Shown: positions 13,176 to 26,380 of the stretch, in pieces
How the letters are laid out: each line of letters begins with the position of its first letter
How positions within the stretch are numbered: position 1 is the first letter of the stretch
From: Chiloscyllium plagiosum
Taxonomy: Eukaryota
DNA length: 59,904 nt
Direction of reading: 5' to 3'
Assembly (NCBI RefSeq): GCF_004010195.1
Contig: NC_057720.1
Location: 13,781,189 to 13,841,092, forward strand
Notes under the pieces: model-generated
What the model saw: only the letters and a program-made list of their open reading frames with translations
The model's database searches: none
What the model was told of the DNA's origin: nothing
Program-made: the position numbers and the translations under genes

Positions 13176-13471
13176 TCCACAGAACTGATGCTAGAAAGAA
13201 TGCAAAGCCATTTCAGGGCTCCACAAGGATAACCCAAGACATTGCCAACTCAAGTTCTGAACACCCCAATGTCAAAATGTCCCCACCTCAACTATGGACC
13301 TACCCCCCTGTTAGTTGGATTGGTTTCAGGTCAAAGATTTCAAGGAAAGCTCCAAGTTGTTTGGGGCAGGGGGATGGTAGAGAATTGGCCTGAGATGAGT
13401 GTTACCACACAGCCCCTGCACACTACGGTAACAAGGCCCTGTCCTTGAAATGGGTCCCTTCTTGTGTCTTG

Positions 13472-13580
13472 GAGAAAGTGAGGACTTCAGAGTGCAAAAG
13501 CGTGGCGCTGGAAAGGTCCAGCAGGTCAGGTCTTGGATGCTGCCTGACCCGATGTGCTTTTCCAGCGCCACACCTTTCAA
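13472..13580. mobile_element. PLE family A mini-palindrome
   Basis: gtggcgctggaaagg...caggtcagg pairs with cctgacc...ttttccagcgccac. Confidence 0.6.
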
Positions 13581-14279
13581 TTCTTCTTGTTACTGTGGCT
13601 CAGGTTTACTGTTTGACCCAATGACCATCTGGAGTTCAGAACTAAACTTGCTTTTCTTTTACTTTATTCAGCCTCTCAGAAGCTTACCATTTGTCAAAAT
13701 CCTTTTGCTTATTTCCTCATTAAAAGAAAATGATCAAACTAAGCAAAAAAAACACTGAAAATCTCCCTGTGGAATATGAAATAGTATTTGAAAAGGTCAT
13801 TTCTGTAGTCTGCATAAGTATCACCCGTTTTTCCATTGCTTGCTTCATAAAATCAAAGATTTTTGTCCTATAGTTGTTTTATTGCAGGTTTAAATCAAAA
13901 AAACATATTTTCTAATATTTCACTGTCATGTAACCAGTAACAGAATTGTGGAAATAAGTTATAGTCGAAACCTCATGCAGTGTATCATGCAGCAGTCACT
14001 CTTCTAACAACTCTCTGATATATGGGAGATACTGAACATCTAACACTTGATCTATCTTTTTCATTCCTCTGTGATGCTGTGTCACATTCATGATCTATTA
14101 GCACACGTAATAACACTGGATGGTTACGAATACCTCATTGTCAGGGAAAATAAATACCCATGCCACATGATTCCACTCCTGGAAGAAACATTCCCCCCGC
14201 TGAGTTAAATCTGCATTTCAAGTAGTTAGGTGTCTAGGCCTTGTGCCTCAATTTGCTATTCTAATTCAGCAGCTGGACT

Positions 14280-14790
14280 CCCTCACCTCCACCTGGTAGA
14301 ATCCACCTACCAGACCCGCTGTCAAGGAAAGGCCATCAGCATTCTTAAAGATCCATCCCACGTAGCCAATACTTTTTTACAACCTCTACCAGGGAGAAGG
14401 TACGGAAGCCTGAACACACGCACCAGCCAGTTATGCAACAGTTTCTACCCTACTGCTGTTAGAACACTGAACGGACTCACAAACTCTTAACATTCGCCTG
14501 TACCTGTGTTTTTGTTTTTGCCAGTGTTTACCTATTACTTACTATATATGCTACTGAACTATGTGATCTGCCTCATTTTCCTAATGAAGGGCTTTTGCCT
14601 GAAACATCAGTTTTCCTGCTCCTCAGACATTGCCTGACCTGCTGTGCTTTACTGTGCACCACTCTAAATGTGACTCTAATCTTCATCATCTGCAGTACGC
14701 ACTCCGGCTTTTGTGACCTGCCTGTATTGCTCACAAGACAAAGCTTTTCACTGTGCCTCGGCACACGTGATGATAAATTCAATTCAATTC
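14280..14790 (+). mobile_element. Rex1/Babar 3' end with a nested PLE fragment (14574-14711)
   Basis: ILKDPSHVANTFLQPLPGRRYGSLNTRTSQLCNSFYPTAVRTLNG and an (AATTC)n tail. The insert is flanked by tgtgatctgcct / tgtgacctgcct. Confidence 0.75.
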
Positions 14791-15667
14791 TCTCTCCCAC
14801 CATTGCCATATGAGCACCAGTTATTCCCCCTTAACAGCAAGAATGCAAAGATGAGTGAATTTGGTGCACAATTAATTTAGTCACCCATCCTCACGCAGAA
14901 CAGGGTGGACCACACCAAGCCTCAATTTCTCCTGTACAAAAGGCCCAATGCACCAAGACCATCATGGAGAACAAAGATAACGCTGGCTTGACTTCTTCAC
15001 GACTCAGCAGTTCCATCCCAACATGCCCTCTGCACCCCTCCTCCAAAAGCAGCTGCAAGAATCTGTCGGACCTCTCTGACAATGAAATGGAGGAACATCC
15101 ATTCAGCCACCTCGGTTACCTCCTACTTAGCTCAGCAAGCCATAACCACCCACCTTCCCCTTCCCCTGGGCTTCTCAATGATGTTGCCCTGAATGCCCAG
15201 AGGCCATGAGTTCAAATCCCACCTTGGGATGGAGAATGTCGGGAGGAGGGTACACATTATGAGACACTGAATACCATGACTGAGCTTGGCAGACAACATC
15301 CCAGAGAGAAAAACAGTAAACCAAATCAGTAATCCTTGGAAATAAATGTACTGATTGTACTGGAACACTGTACTGAGGCACACAAAACAATTGTGTGTCA
15401 TTCAGAAGTTTCACTGGTTAAGATTCACTGTTCCTTTGATACTCTGGTAGTTTAAGAACAAAAGGAAGGAAGTATCAGGGACTCAATACAAAGCTAAAAT
15501 GCTGGGCAGCAAGGCTAGTAATCTCTGGAATGTCCTATGTTCCCATTGGATTGGAGATGGACAGCTCAGGAAAATAGACGTGTAGCTGAAGGATTTATGT
15601 GGGAAGGAGGGATTTCATTCCTGGCACAAAGGTTCCCCTGCTCTAGAGGTGTTGTAATAACATCTTT

Positions 15668-16130
15668 TGATTTGATTTGCTTTGATTTGTTATTGTCACC
15701 AGTACCTAGGTACAGTGAAAAGTTTTGTTTTGCGTACAGTACAGGCAGATCACTCCATGCAAAATGCATCAGAGTATAAAAACAGAGCAGGGAGTACAAT
15801 GTTACGGCTTTAGAGAGTGTGCACAAACAGCGAAGTCAAATTTTAAATTTAATATTTGAGAGGTCCATTCTGAAGAAGGGCTTATGCCAGAAACGTCGAT
15901 TCTCCTCGGAAGCAGCCTGACCTGCTGTGCTTTTCCAGCACCACACTCTTGAATCTGATCTCCAGCATCTGTGGACCTCACTTTCTTCAGGTCCATTCTG
16001 AAGTCTGATAACAGCTGGGTACAAGCTGTTCTTGAATCTGCTGGTACGTGTGTTTAAGCTTTTGTATATTCAGCCCGACAGAAAGGGTCGCAAGAGATTG
16101 TGACCAGGGTGGGGGGGGTCTTTGATTCTG
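15668..16130 (-). mobile_element. Rex1/Babar 3' end with a nested PLE fragment (15876-15988)
   Basis: Same family as 275-616. The insert is flanked by the 15-bp direct repeat aggtccattctgaag (15861-15875, 15989-16003). Confidence 0.75.
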
Positions 16131-16842
16131 GACAGGTTGATTAGAATAGAAATAGAAAGGAGCAGTATTGCTGGATCAGGGTCACCTGGACTGAGACAAA
16201 ATCCTCATAGAATGGATAAATAAAACCCTGAAAAATTAATAGGAATGGAGAAAGAACTTTAAACTGGCAAATTGTGTTTGGAAAGCAGAATCTGGGTGGA
16301 AAAATAATATTTTAGAGTAAGAATAAGAAAGGGTAAGAGTAACACAGTACTAAAGGAAATAACCATACATACTTCAGAAAGAAAAAGCTACATGAAGTAA
16401 TGATAAAATATCTGTCGAAAATAAAGGAACGATGACAAAAAACATTAACATTGCACATCTGGTAATGTACGTTAGCAATCAAAAGTGTGATAGGTCAGAA
16501 AGTATTGAAAGTATGGATTATCAGGGCAAATGGGTAGAGTGTGGTCAGTTACCCCTACAAAATAGAATGTGTAGGAAAATGCATGAAAAGTAACATTAAT
16601 GAATTGCCAACATTAATTCAACTTTAAAAGATATAGGCCGTGAACAATACACTCACTAACTGGAGCATGATTGGGAACAACATTTCAAACTGGAGGATAT
16701 TAAGACAGGACTGGGGAAATGCGGGAAGGTGGTGAGAAGGAGTAAAAATGATGATTAAGTAATGATGATGTAATTGCAATCATTGAAAGAAGGAAGTTTA
16801 GTAAGAATGTTTGGGTAATGGTAACAGTGAGGTGAAAACAGA

Positions 16843-16966
16843 TAAAAACAATGACTGCAGATGCTAGAAACCAGATTCTGGATTAGAGGTGCTGGAAAAG
16901 CACAGCAGTTCAGGCAGCATCCGAGGAGCAGTAAAATAGATGTTTCGGGCAAAAGCCCTTCATCTT
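16843..16966 (-). mobile_element. PLE family A 3' end
   Basis: gactgcagatgct...gcagcatccgaggagcag...tttcgggcaaaagcccttcatc. Confidence 0.7.
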
Positions 16967-18803
16967 CTTGATGAAGATGAAGTTTGGTCTGTCCCAAGCT
17001 TGCCCCAAACTTGCCTCATTAACTCTGCACCATGCCCCTATTGTGCCTGTCTTATCCCTTGCCAGCCAGATTCCTCCACTTGCTGTAGCCAGACGTACTT
17101 GGCACTGCCGGGATATTCCAGGATCCCTAGTGATGGTGTCATCTTTAACAGACTATGTGCACCCCATTAAGCACCATCAGCCTGGAGCTTTGCACAGTTC
17201 ATTAGCTCTCTCCTGGACATGGTGGATAAGGGGAAATTGGCAACCTGCTTTGTGGGTAGTGAACTGAAAGTCTTGGCGGATGGAGTGGTGCATTAGAGAG
17301 ATGTCCTTTCCCCATAAAACTGGGAAAGGAGGTCACAATACCAGACTCCACCAACTTGGTCTGAGCTTCGCACCCAGGTTGGTAGGTTTAAGCTGTCTGG
17401 AGAGATGGTCAGTAGTGTAGGAAAATGGTCAATAATTTTCTCCGCTCCACCAGGGTGTCACCACCTTCTCTCTCTGATACCTCACACTCACTCAAACTCT
17501 GTCACTGCACACACGTCACACCATGGTTCACACTGTTGCACTCTCACTGCAACATCTTTTCTCACTTGCTCTTAAACACCACCAATCCCACCATTCCACA
17601 AACCCTGCTGAGCCTCTGTGATGTCTACTCACTCACTCAGGGCATCTCACCAACTTTCCCTACCTGCATTACCATCAACTGCCATGCACCCCCCCCCCCC
17701 AAATTTCATCTCAGCTAATTGCTCCCTTTCTCTCGTCTAGGAGAAACAGTGAGTGGGAGCAATCAGGGCACCACAGCCTTATAGCGCATAACTAGTGAGG
17801 TGAGCTTGGGACGATAGCATGATAAAACCAGTGAGGACTCGTGGAGGGAAACCAGCATGAAACTTATCAAATTAACACTTAGCCAACTTCTGGTAATATT
17901 GAGGCCTGAGTGTCCAAATAAGGAATAATAGTGTGCAAAATATAGTTCGCACAACAGGCAGAATAAATAAATATGGAGATCAGGGAAGCAGCAACAATTC
18001 GTATAGTGAGAGCTTTTAATTTCCAAATAGTCTGGTAGGAGCAGAATATATCAAATTGTAATGGCAATAAATTTCTAGAATGTGCTTGGAACATTTTTTT
18101 CTGGAAGAGTCGGCTTTGGAACTGACATGCTGTAAGTGACGCTACAATAGACAATAAAAAGGAAATGGCAAATCTATTACATGAATGTTTTGGTCTTGTT
18201 TTCGGAATAGAGAAAGCGAACAATATGTCTCTGAAGAAAAAGAACCTAAAAATAATTCAAGGCACTTATTTGATCTAAGTAGAAACATTGTTATGGTGAA
18301 AATAGTGGGACTTAAGACAGCTAATCTCCAAGATATGGTAGTTTACATCTCAGAATGTTTCTAAGGAACTAAATCAATAAACTGCAGATATCTTATGTAT
18401 AATATTACAAAGCTCTCTAGATAGAGGAACTGTGCCCTAAGTTACAAATGTCACATAATTATTTAACATAAGTATCACTTGCAATTATATGTGCATGCAA
18501 GTTCATTTCAGTCTTTGCAAACTTGCAAGAGTTTGAATTCTATGTCTAGAACCTTTACTTTGGTATCTAAATAAGGACTGCTCTGTAGCTTTTGTCTATT
18601 ATTAACAGCATTGCCAAGATTCTGAGTTTTTCATTAGGAAGCTTCACTCCATGACTACTTAGGACCATAATAACAATTTGAAGCTGGTTTATACACTGCT
18701 GTGTGGAAGTCTGATCCCTACAAGAACCACTTAAACCTTAGCTTGCAAAGATCATTAAAACCAAATGGATATCTATGGATAACCAAATGGATAACCAAAT
18801 GGA

Positions 18804-19110
18804 GGAGGCGATGGCCTAGTGGTATTATCACTGGATTGTTATTCTAGAGAACCAGCTAATGTTCTGGGGACCTGGGTTGAATCCCACCATGGCAGATGGT
18901 AGAATTTGAATTAAATGAAAATCTGGAATTAAGAGTCTAATGATGACCATGAACCCATTGTCGATTGTTGTAAAAACCCATTTGGCTCAATTATGTCCTT
19001 TAGGGAAGGAAACTGCCATCCTTACCAGCTCAGGCCTACACGTGACTCCAGACCCACAACAGTAAATGCTGACATGGCCAGTGACACCCACATCCCATGA
19101 ATTAATAACA
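18804..19110 (+). mobile_element. tRNA-derived SINE sharing its 3' end with the CR1/L2-group LINE
   Basis: Head gaggcgatggcctagtggt...gggttgaatccc; tail aaatgctgacatggccagtgacacccacatcccatgaatt. Other copies at about 12805-12900, 33590-33905, 50305-50610 (-) and 50975-51275 (-). Confidence 0.8.
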
Positions 19111-20685
19111 AAACAAATTCAAAGTGGGGTGGTTAGTTCTGATGCACAGAGATTTGCAGTTGTGTGGGACAGACCAGATGAATTGGAAACTTTTTTGTTC
19201 AAGTGTTTGCCACTAGATCAAGAGAAAGTTCTGGCAGCAATTTGCACAAGAAGTAGCTGACGTGTGGATTGTTTTTTTTCTGTGGATAGATGTGAATATA
19301 TCCCTTTCAAGACCCAATCATGGTCAGGAATTACAAGTACTCACAGGTATAGTCTGTTTACACAATCTCATTTGTTTTCATCTGGGCCAAGAATCACATG
19401 GAAACAAAGGCAAATGACAGTTGACCCCAGACAAGTGAAGAATTAATTTCCCCTGAAAAACATAGATCTGTTGAGAAACTTGATTTTGTTTTCCCTTTAA
19501 ATTCTTGACATTGATCATCCTCATTTGATCCACAGAGATGCCAGATTGTGGTGTAAAAAGGAGATATAATGGAGCTGGGTTTAAAAATAAGCATATAACA
19601 GAGTTTGAACGCTGACATTCAGGTAGGATGTCAAAGCTGCGTATCTCCAAACAAAATCTTAATAATTAACAGCCACAATTTAACATGATCTCTTCTGACA
19701 CACCCACACTGGTAATTATTGCTTTAAGGCCATTTGCTAATGAAATTAATGTATTCATTGCCCTAACAAATTAGTATAACTTGTACATTATGCCCTGCAT
19801 TTGTGACCTCGCAGTAAGAGGTTCCCAAAATACCACCAGAATTAAATGGCAAGAGCATTAAATGGAGGCTGTATTCACTGGAGTGCTGTATGCCTCTAAC
19901 CACAAAGGATCTTTCTCTTTTAAAATGCAGAATACATCTGATAACAGTCTAAGTGAAACTCTAATTAATAAAAGCTTGGTTTTGTCGACTAATGACATTG
20001 TTTTTGAGCAAATATATTTTTAGTTATCCATCTGTGTTGACAATTAACGTAACTAATATTATGGAAATTGATTTTATGGAAAAAAGAACTTTGCCCTTTT
20101 AGTCAATTACGGCACATGCATTATGGGTTGGCATTAATCCGCAATATGTTTGGTGTTTAATATGAAAAGCAAAAGGATACAAAACAAACTCACAAAATAA
20201 AATCTGTACAGAGTTTGATTGTGCATGCACGCAGAACAGTATTTACAATGTATTCACAAGGTTAATTAATAAATTTTGTTCCTTTTGTCCTTCATAGTCT
20301 AATGTTCTCAATGCAGCATCAGTTTAATGTTTACATCGTTTTGCTCTTTCAGTGACAGTAGCCCCAAAAAATTCATTTTTGTTCCTGTCTTGTTGAACTG
20401 TTTTTATTTTCCTCTCCTGAGGACACGGATGGCTTGCTGGGGTACGATTCCGCTGGTAGCAGACTCCCCATCTTGTACCTCACTCATGTGATTTTGAGAG
20501 TTGCTGTGCTATTCAACCATGACTGGTAAAGAATCAAGCTAAGTGCCTCCTCAGTCAATGTCCACAGGCACGCACTGGTGTAAGAGCACCAATTAGTGTA
20601 AGAAAGCAGACAATGTCGATGATAGAGAATTGGCAAGACAATAAACATTAGGCAGGGTGTGAATCAGACTGCCATTCTGCTAATA

Positions 20686-20895
20686 TAAAACAAAGAATGA
20701 CAGATGCTGGAAATCTGAAACAAAAACAGAAATTGCTGGAGAAACTCAGCAGGACTGGCAGTGTCTGTGGAGTAAAAAAACAAAGTTAATGTTTCGAGTC
20801 CTGTGACCCTTCTTTATTCTGAACTGGATTGATATGTTTTCTTTCTACAGTGCAGTCAGACCTGCTGAGCTGCTGCAGCAATTTCTGTTTTTGTA
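20686..20895. mobile_element. PLE family C fold-back
   Basis: aaaaacagaaattgctggagaaactcagcagg pairs with cctgctgagctgctgcagcaatttctgtttt. Confidence 0.65.
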
Positions 20896-21133
20896 TCGCT
20901 TTGCTATTTGCCGAGGGCAGTTTTACACTCTCTAACTTGTTTTTCCTCCCTTCCAACTCTAATCAACTTCAGTGAAGTGAACACAGGACATGTGGAGCAG
21001 TGTCTTGGGGACACCATCAAATTCCCTTCAAGCCACACGCCATCTTGAATTGGATATATAACAACATTGCTTCCTGGATTAATCACCATGAATTCCCAAT
21101 ATAACGCTTTTGGGCTAGTACCACCATTCCAAG

Positions 21134-21377
21134 TCCCAGGTTCAATTTCAGCCTCAGGCGACTGTGTGGAATTTGCACGTTCTTCCCGTGTCTGCGTGGG
21201 TTTCCTCCCACAATCCAAAGATGTGCAGGTCAGGTGAATTGGCCATGGCAAATTGCCCATAGCGTTAGATGCATTAGTCAGAGGGAAATAGGTCTGGGTG
21301 GGTTACTCTTCAGAGGGTCAGTGTGGACTGGTTGGGCCGAAGGGCCTGTTTCCACACTGTAGGGAATCTAATCTAAT
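21134..21377 (+). mobile_element. HE1 V-SINE (5'-truncated)
   Basis: V-domain and tail gggccgaagggcctgtttccacactgtagggaatctaatctaat. Confidence 0.88.
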
Positions 21378-22322
21378 TCAGAGAACAAAGAAAATTGTTG
21401 CAATGCTAAGATCAGTCTGCTCAGCAGAGACAAGGTCCTGAGGCTGGGACTATTCTGGTCTGCATGAGCCATTGAGTTAGCCCTTGTTTTGCATTTTAAA
21501 TAATGAAAACTAAATTATAGCTATCTTAAATGTCATAGCTAATTTTGCCATTGTAATTAATTTACAGTTTGGTTAAATGAAGGAATGTGGACTGGGTGTT
21601 CCTGTGGCTTGAAACATTGAGATTTTTGTTATGAACTAGGGATAGTACTTAGCTAGGGGACTGGAATTCAGGGTATAAACCAGACACAGCTGTTCTTAAA
21701 TATACAATATATTTTTATTGAATTGGCATTGGTTGAAGTCTTACGAAGTGGCATATTTCAGCAATGACAAGATAAAGAGTGAAAAATCTGTATCCCATAA
21801 AAGATTGACTAATCTATTGTTGTCACATGTACTGAGATACAGAGAAAAGTGTTGGTTTGCATGCTGTACAGGCATCCAAAGTGTACCAGGGCAGGAGAAC
21901 AGAGTGCAGAATATTGTGTTACAGCCACAGAGAAGGTGCACAGAGAGAGAGAGATCATTTGAGAGGTCTATTCAAAAGTCTGTTAACTCATTTAACATGA
22001 ATGATAATCAAAGATCCCTCATTTACACCAGTGTCACACCTGACTTGACTGAAAAGCTGAGAGAAAAGTGATAGAGTTTACCTGTGAGTTGCCAAGTCAG
22101 GGAATGGCTGATTTTAGTACTTTTGAATGGCCATATGATAGGGGAAATGGTAGCATTATTGTAACGTCATTGGACCACAAATATATGAATTAGGAGTAGG
22201 GGTAGGCTATTCGGCCCCTTGAGCCTGTTTTGCCTTTCAATAAGATCGTGGTTGATCTAATTGTGGCCACAACTTCACATTCTGACAGAGGGCCAGTGAG
22301 ACTGGGTCACTGAGTATATTCA

Positions 22323-22555
22323 AAGTTAAAAATCACACAACACCAGGTTATAGTCCAAAAGGTTTAATTGGAAGCACACTAGCTTTCGGAGCGACGCTCC
22401 TTCATCAGGTGATTGTGGAGGGCTCGTTCGTAACACAGAATTTATAGCAAAAATTTGCAGTGTGATGTAACTGAAATTATACATTGAAAAATTGAGTGTC
22501 TGTTAAGCCTTTCATCTGTTGGAATACAGTGATAGTTTCACTTCTTTCACATGAA
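22323..22555 (-). mobile_element. PLE family B single arm with an intact hammerhead motif (22377-22411)
   Basis: Matches the 10045-10280 arm; the motif reads CAC-CUGAUGA-A-GGAGC/GUC/GCUCC-GAA-AGCU-A-GUG on the minus strand. Confidence 0.8.
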
Positions 22556-23102
22556 ATTGTTGATAAAACAAAATTTGAAAGCATTATAACCTCCAATATG
22601 GATAAGGTAGGTGGATTGGGCAGACAGGTGGCAGATGTAATTTGAGACCATATGACATAGGAGTGGAAGTAAGGCCATCCGGCCCATCGAGTCCACTCCT
22701 CCATTTAATCATGGCTGATGGGCATTTCAACTCCACTCTTCTCATAGCCCTATTTCTTGCAAGATCAAAAATTTATCAGAGAATTTTAAGCAGAGAAGTG
22801 TGAAATTTTGTTTTCATTTTGGTAAGAAGAATGCAGCATCAATGTAAAATAAAGGGTATAATTCTAAACTCGGTATAGGAGCAGAGTGAGTAGGATTTAT
22901 GTGCATAACTTACAGGACAGGTTAAGAGAGTGTTCAATAAAGCTTTATCAATAGGGACATACAGCACTAAAGTTATGGTAAACCTACAAAAACATTGGTT
23001 TGGCCTCAACTAGAGTTTTGCAGTGTGTTTTGGGTGTACAGCACTTTAGGAAGGATGTAAATTCATTTGCAACAGTAGTAGACATATATATATATATATA
23101 TA

Positions 23103-23532
23103 AAACATAGAACATTATAGCACACTACAGACCCTTCAGCCCTCAATGTTGCCCTGACCTGTGAAAATAATCTGATGCCCATCTAACCTATACCATTCCG
23201 TTATTATCCATATGTATGTCCAATGCCCATTTAAATGCCCTTAACATCGGTGAGTCTACTACAGTTGCGGGCAGGCTGTTCCATGCCCCTACTACGCTCT
23301 GAGTGAAGAAACCCCCCATAATATCTGTCCTAAATCTATCACTCCTCAATTTAAATCTATGTCCCCTCAAACTCTCCAGCTTTAAGGGCATTTAAATGGT
23401 CATTAGATAGGCATATGGATGAGAATTGAACAGTGTAGGTTAGATGGGCTTCAGATTGGTTCCAAAGGTCAGTGCAACATCGAGGGCGGAAGGCCCTGTA
23501 CTGCGCTGTAATGTTCTAGGTTCTATGTTCTA
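23103..23532. mobile_element. Two CR1 3' ends in opposite orientation (23103-23370 minus, 23378-23532 plus) inside an older CR1
   Basis: Both match the 3' end of the 3100-7066 element; their ttctatgtt tails point outward. Confidence 0.8.
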
Positions 23533-24006
23533 TAGGAGGGTGCACTAAAGGCTCATGAAAATGGCTCCAGGTTCCATGATGAGTAACTTCAGTCGGGTAG
23601 ACAGATTGTGGCCCCCCCTTGGAGAGGTTCGAGAGGAGATTTGATTCAGGTGTTCAATCCACCAACCTGTCAATGTCCTTTGGAAGTGCTACCCTATCCT
23701 TATCGCAGTTTGTTATGCTTTCAAATTTCATACCATCGACACTTTTTGAAACTGCACCACATGCACCAAGGTCTGGGTAAGGGATCTGGATAGAGCAGTC
23801 ACAGAGGAACTGTCCCCATTGGTGCAAGGATCAAAAACCAGACGGCTCCAGTTTATGGTAATTGGCAAAAGCAACAATGGTGATATGAGGAAAATCTTTT
23901 TCATGTGATTAGGATGTGGAATACACCTGAGAGTGTAATAGAGACAAATTCAATTGAGGTTTCCAAAAGGGAATTGGATAATTATCTGAAAAGAGAATTT
24001 TGCAGA

Positions 24007-25087
24007 GTTATAGAATAGAATAGCCTTTATTGTCACGAATGAGTGCAGTGAAAACTTTGTAAGGTCGCCCCTCGGCGCCATCTTGGGTACAGGGTACGGG
24101 GGGTACAGGTACTTAAAGTGTGGTTACAGAATTGAAATAGTGAAAATAGACAATAGGAATGCAGAGTTTAAAAAGCCCAGAATAAGAATAAAAAGTATCT
24201 TTAAAGTATTCAAGTTATAGTCCTTTTCCACAGAATGCATGCTTACTGAGCTTCAGAACACAAGATCACATTGCTTCCATGCGTTGGCCTCTGTCCAGGA
24301 CTTGTTGCCCCTGCCAGGGTTGCTCTGCTCCCACTCCAGGACCCCGGCCAAACTTGCACTGTTCCTGCTCAAGGTCACAGGCCAGGCTGACTCTGCTCTC
24401 ATTCCAGGACCCATGTTGGGCTCGCTCTACTCCCTCTCTGGGACCCAGGCCGGGCTCACTCTGCTCCCGTTCCAGGACCCAGGCCGGGCTCACTCTGCTC
24501 CTGCTCCAGGCTTCAAACTTAACTCACTCTGGGTCCCAGGCCAGGCTCACTCTGACACCCAGGACGGGCTCACTCTGCTCCCGCTCCAGGCTCTGAATGT
24601 GACTCACTCTGGGACCCAGGCTGGGCTCACTCTGCTCCAGCTCTGGGCTCACTTTGCTCCCAATCCAGCACCCAGGCTAGGCTTGCTGTGCTCCCACTCC
24701 GAGCTCCGACTGTGACTCACTTTGGGACCCGGGGCCGGGCTCACTTTGCTTCCAATCCGGGCTCGCTCTGCTCCCGCTCCCGGCTCCGACTGTGACTCAC
24801 TCTGGTACCCGGGACGGGCTCACTCTGCTCTCATTCCAGGCTCTGGTCGCGACTCACTCCTGGACCCAGGTCGGGCTCAATCTGCTCCTGCTCCGGACTC
24901 TGAACGTGACTCACTTCCAGCACTATGCCTGCACTCCATTCTCCATTCCCTCCAGGTAGGGTACTTCAAGAAGTCGGAGGGAGGGGCAAGAAAACTGCAG
25001 CAAGAGGGAACAAAATCAAAAAGAAAGGAAAAGGAACTGGTGAGCAGAGCAGCTCCATTTGGAGCGTCTTACTCTGTCGCCCTCTTA
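24007..25087 (-). mobile_element. Probable non-autonomous Rex1/Babar-mobilised retroelement with an internal minisatellite
   Basis: Minus-strand 3' end aaagttttcactgcactcattcgtgacaataaaggctattctattcta resembles the Rex1 3' ends in this window. No RT homology inside. Confidence 0.55.
24380..24920. repeat. GC-rich degenerate minisatellite
   Basis: Recurring units ggacccaggccgggctcactctgctcccgctcc and ggctccgactgtgactcactct. Confidence 0.85.
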
Positions 25088-25093
25088 ACCTGA

Positions 25094-25624
25094 CTTCAGG
25101 TGTATCACAGAAACCTCTGGACTGGCATCTCAGGGTCAGCAGAACCGACTCAATTAGCTCTGACAGGGAAAAGACAGAGGAGTGACACTCGGTGAATCAC
25201 TCCCCTCCAGTGCTACAACAATTCTACAAATCTATACAACAGCAGTTGATTCCATTGACCATGCTTGATGCTATTCTGCGCTATCATTGAACATATTCTG
25301 AAACTGCAGGAAGGTGATACACAAATTACCAAGACTCAGATGACTCTTGGCTCTACGATGGCAAAAAAAGTGTTTTGGGACCAAAGTAGTCCTCACCTTA
25401 ATGGCGATGAGTTGGTGGATTTGCTTGAAGGCTATGCCACCGTAAGCATGTGCATAGGTGGCCGCTATCCTGAACGGGCATTGTAGGAGTTCCTTAAAAA
25501 GACCTGGCATCAAGAAGCATCAAGAAAGCAGACTTCCATCACATCCAAGGGGGAATATCTAATTGAATTGGTTCTGCTTTGACCCTGAGATGCCAATCCA
25601 AAGGTTCCTGAGACATACCTGAAG
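25094..25624. mobile_element. MITE-like element with inverted termini of about 65 bp
   Basis: 25094-25157 (cttcaggtgtatcacagaaacctctggactggcatctcagggtcagcagaaccgactcaattag) is an imperfect reverse complement of 25559-25624. Confidence 0.6.
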
Positions 25625-26316
25625 CATTGCAAACTATAATCACTCAGAAAATCTCTGGCTACATAAATTGGCAAAGTGGTGAAAGTTTTGCTCTGTCTCA
25701 GTTCTGTGGTTGCAGTGAAATTTCACGCAGTGAGTTTTGAAAATAATACATTTCAGACAGCTCCCCAGTCCCCCAACTCCCTCCCTCCGGACCTGTCAGA
25801 AAGTAACTCATCCAGTCTGAAATTTTTTGGGTATTTTCTTTTCCCAATTACAAGTCAGGAAAAAGAAATGTGCTTCTGAAGAACAATCTGTGTTGTGGAG
25901 AGTTCAGCTAAAAAGCTAACTGAAATGTCTAAATCTTATTGTAAATTGTATTTTCGCAGGTTTCATGTAGTATCAGAACATCAGGCACTTAGTTTTACAA
26001 GGTGTGAGAGTTTGTTTTCCAATAATGTGTCTCTTGGGAAGGAAACTGATAAAGAATACTACTATATCCCAGTTTGCCTCGATCCCCAGACTATTTACAC
26101 AGCATTCATTGCAGCATTGTTTCAGTATCTGCTGAGGATTAGAATGGTGTCAGATCTTGAACCCAAAGACATTTAGTACATTAACGCACAGATGGACAAA
26201 CTGTCGTTCTGTATGTCATCAACCAAACATGTTTAAGAAGAAATTGTCTGAAACACCTTTGACATTTTTTGAATCTTTGCCATAAAGGTGATGGGGCAGA
26301 TGTCCAGGGTTTGGAG

Positions 26317-26380
26317 GTGGGTGGGGGTGGGGTGGGGGTGGGGGGGTTGGAAGTTAGGTGGTGGTGGTGGTGGTGGTGGT
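26317..26380 (+). repeat. G-rich (GGGGT)n/(GGT)n simple repeat
   Basis: Read directly from the sequence. Confidence 0.8.

Noticed and set aside
24239..25185. Several overlapping 75-158 aa ORFs
   Set aside because: By-product of a stop-poor GC-rich minisatellite.
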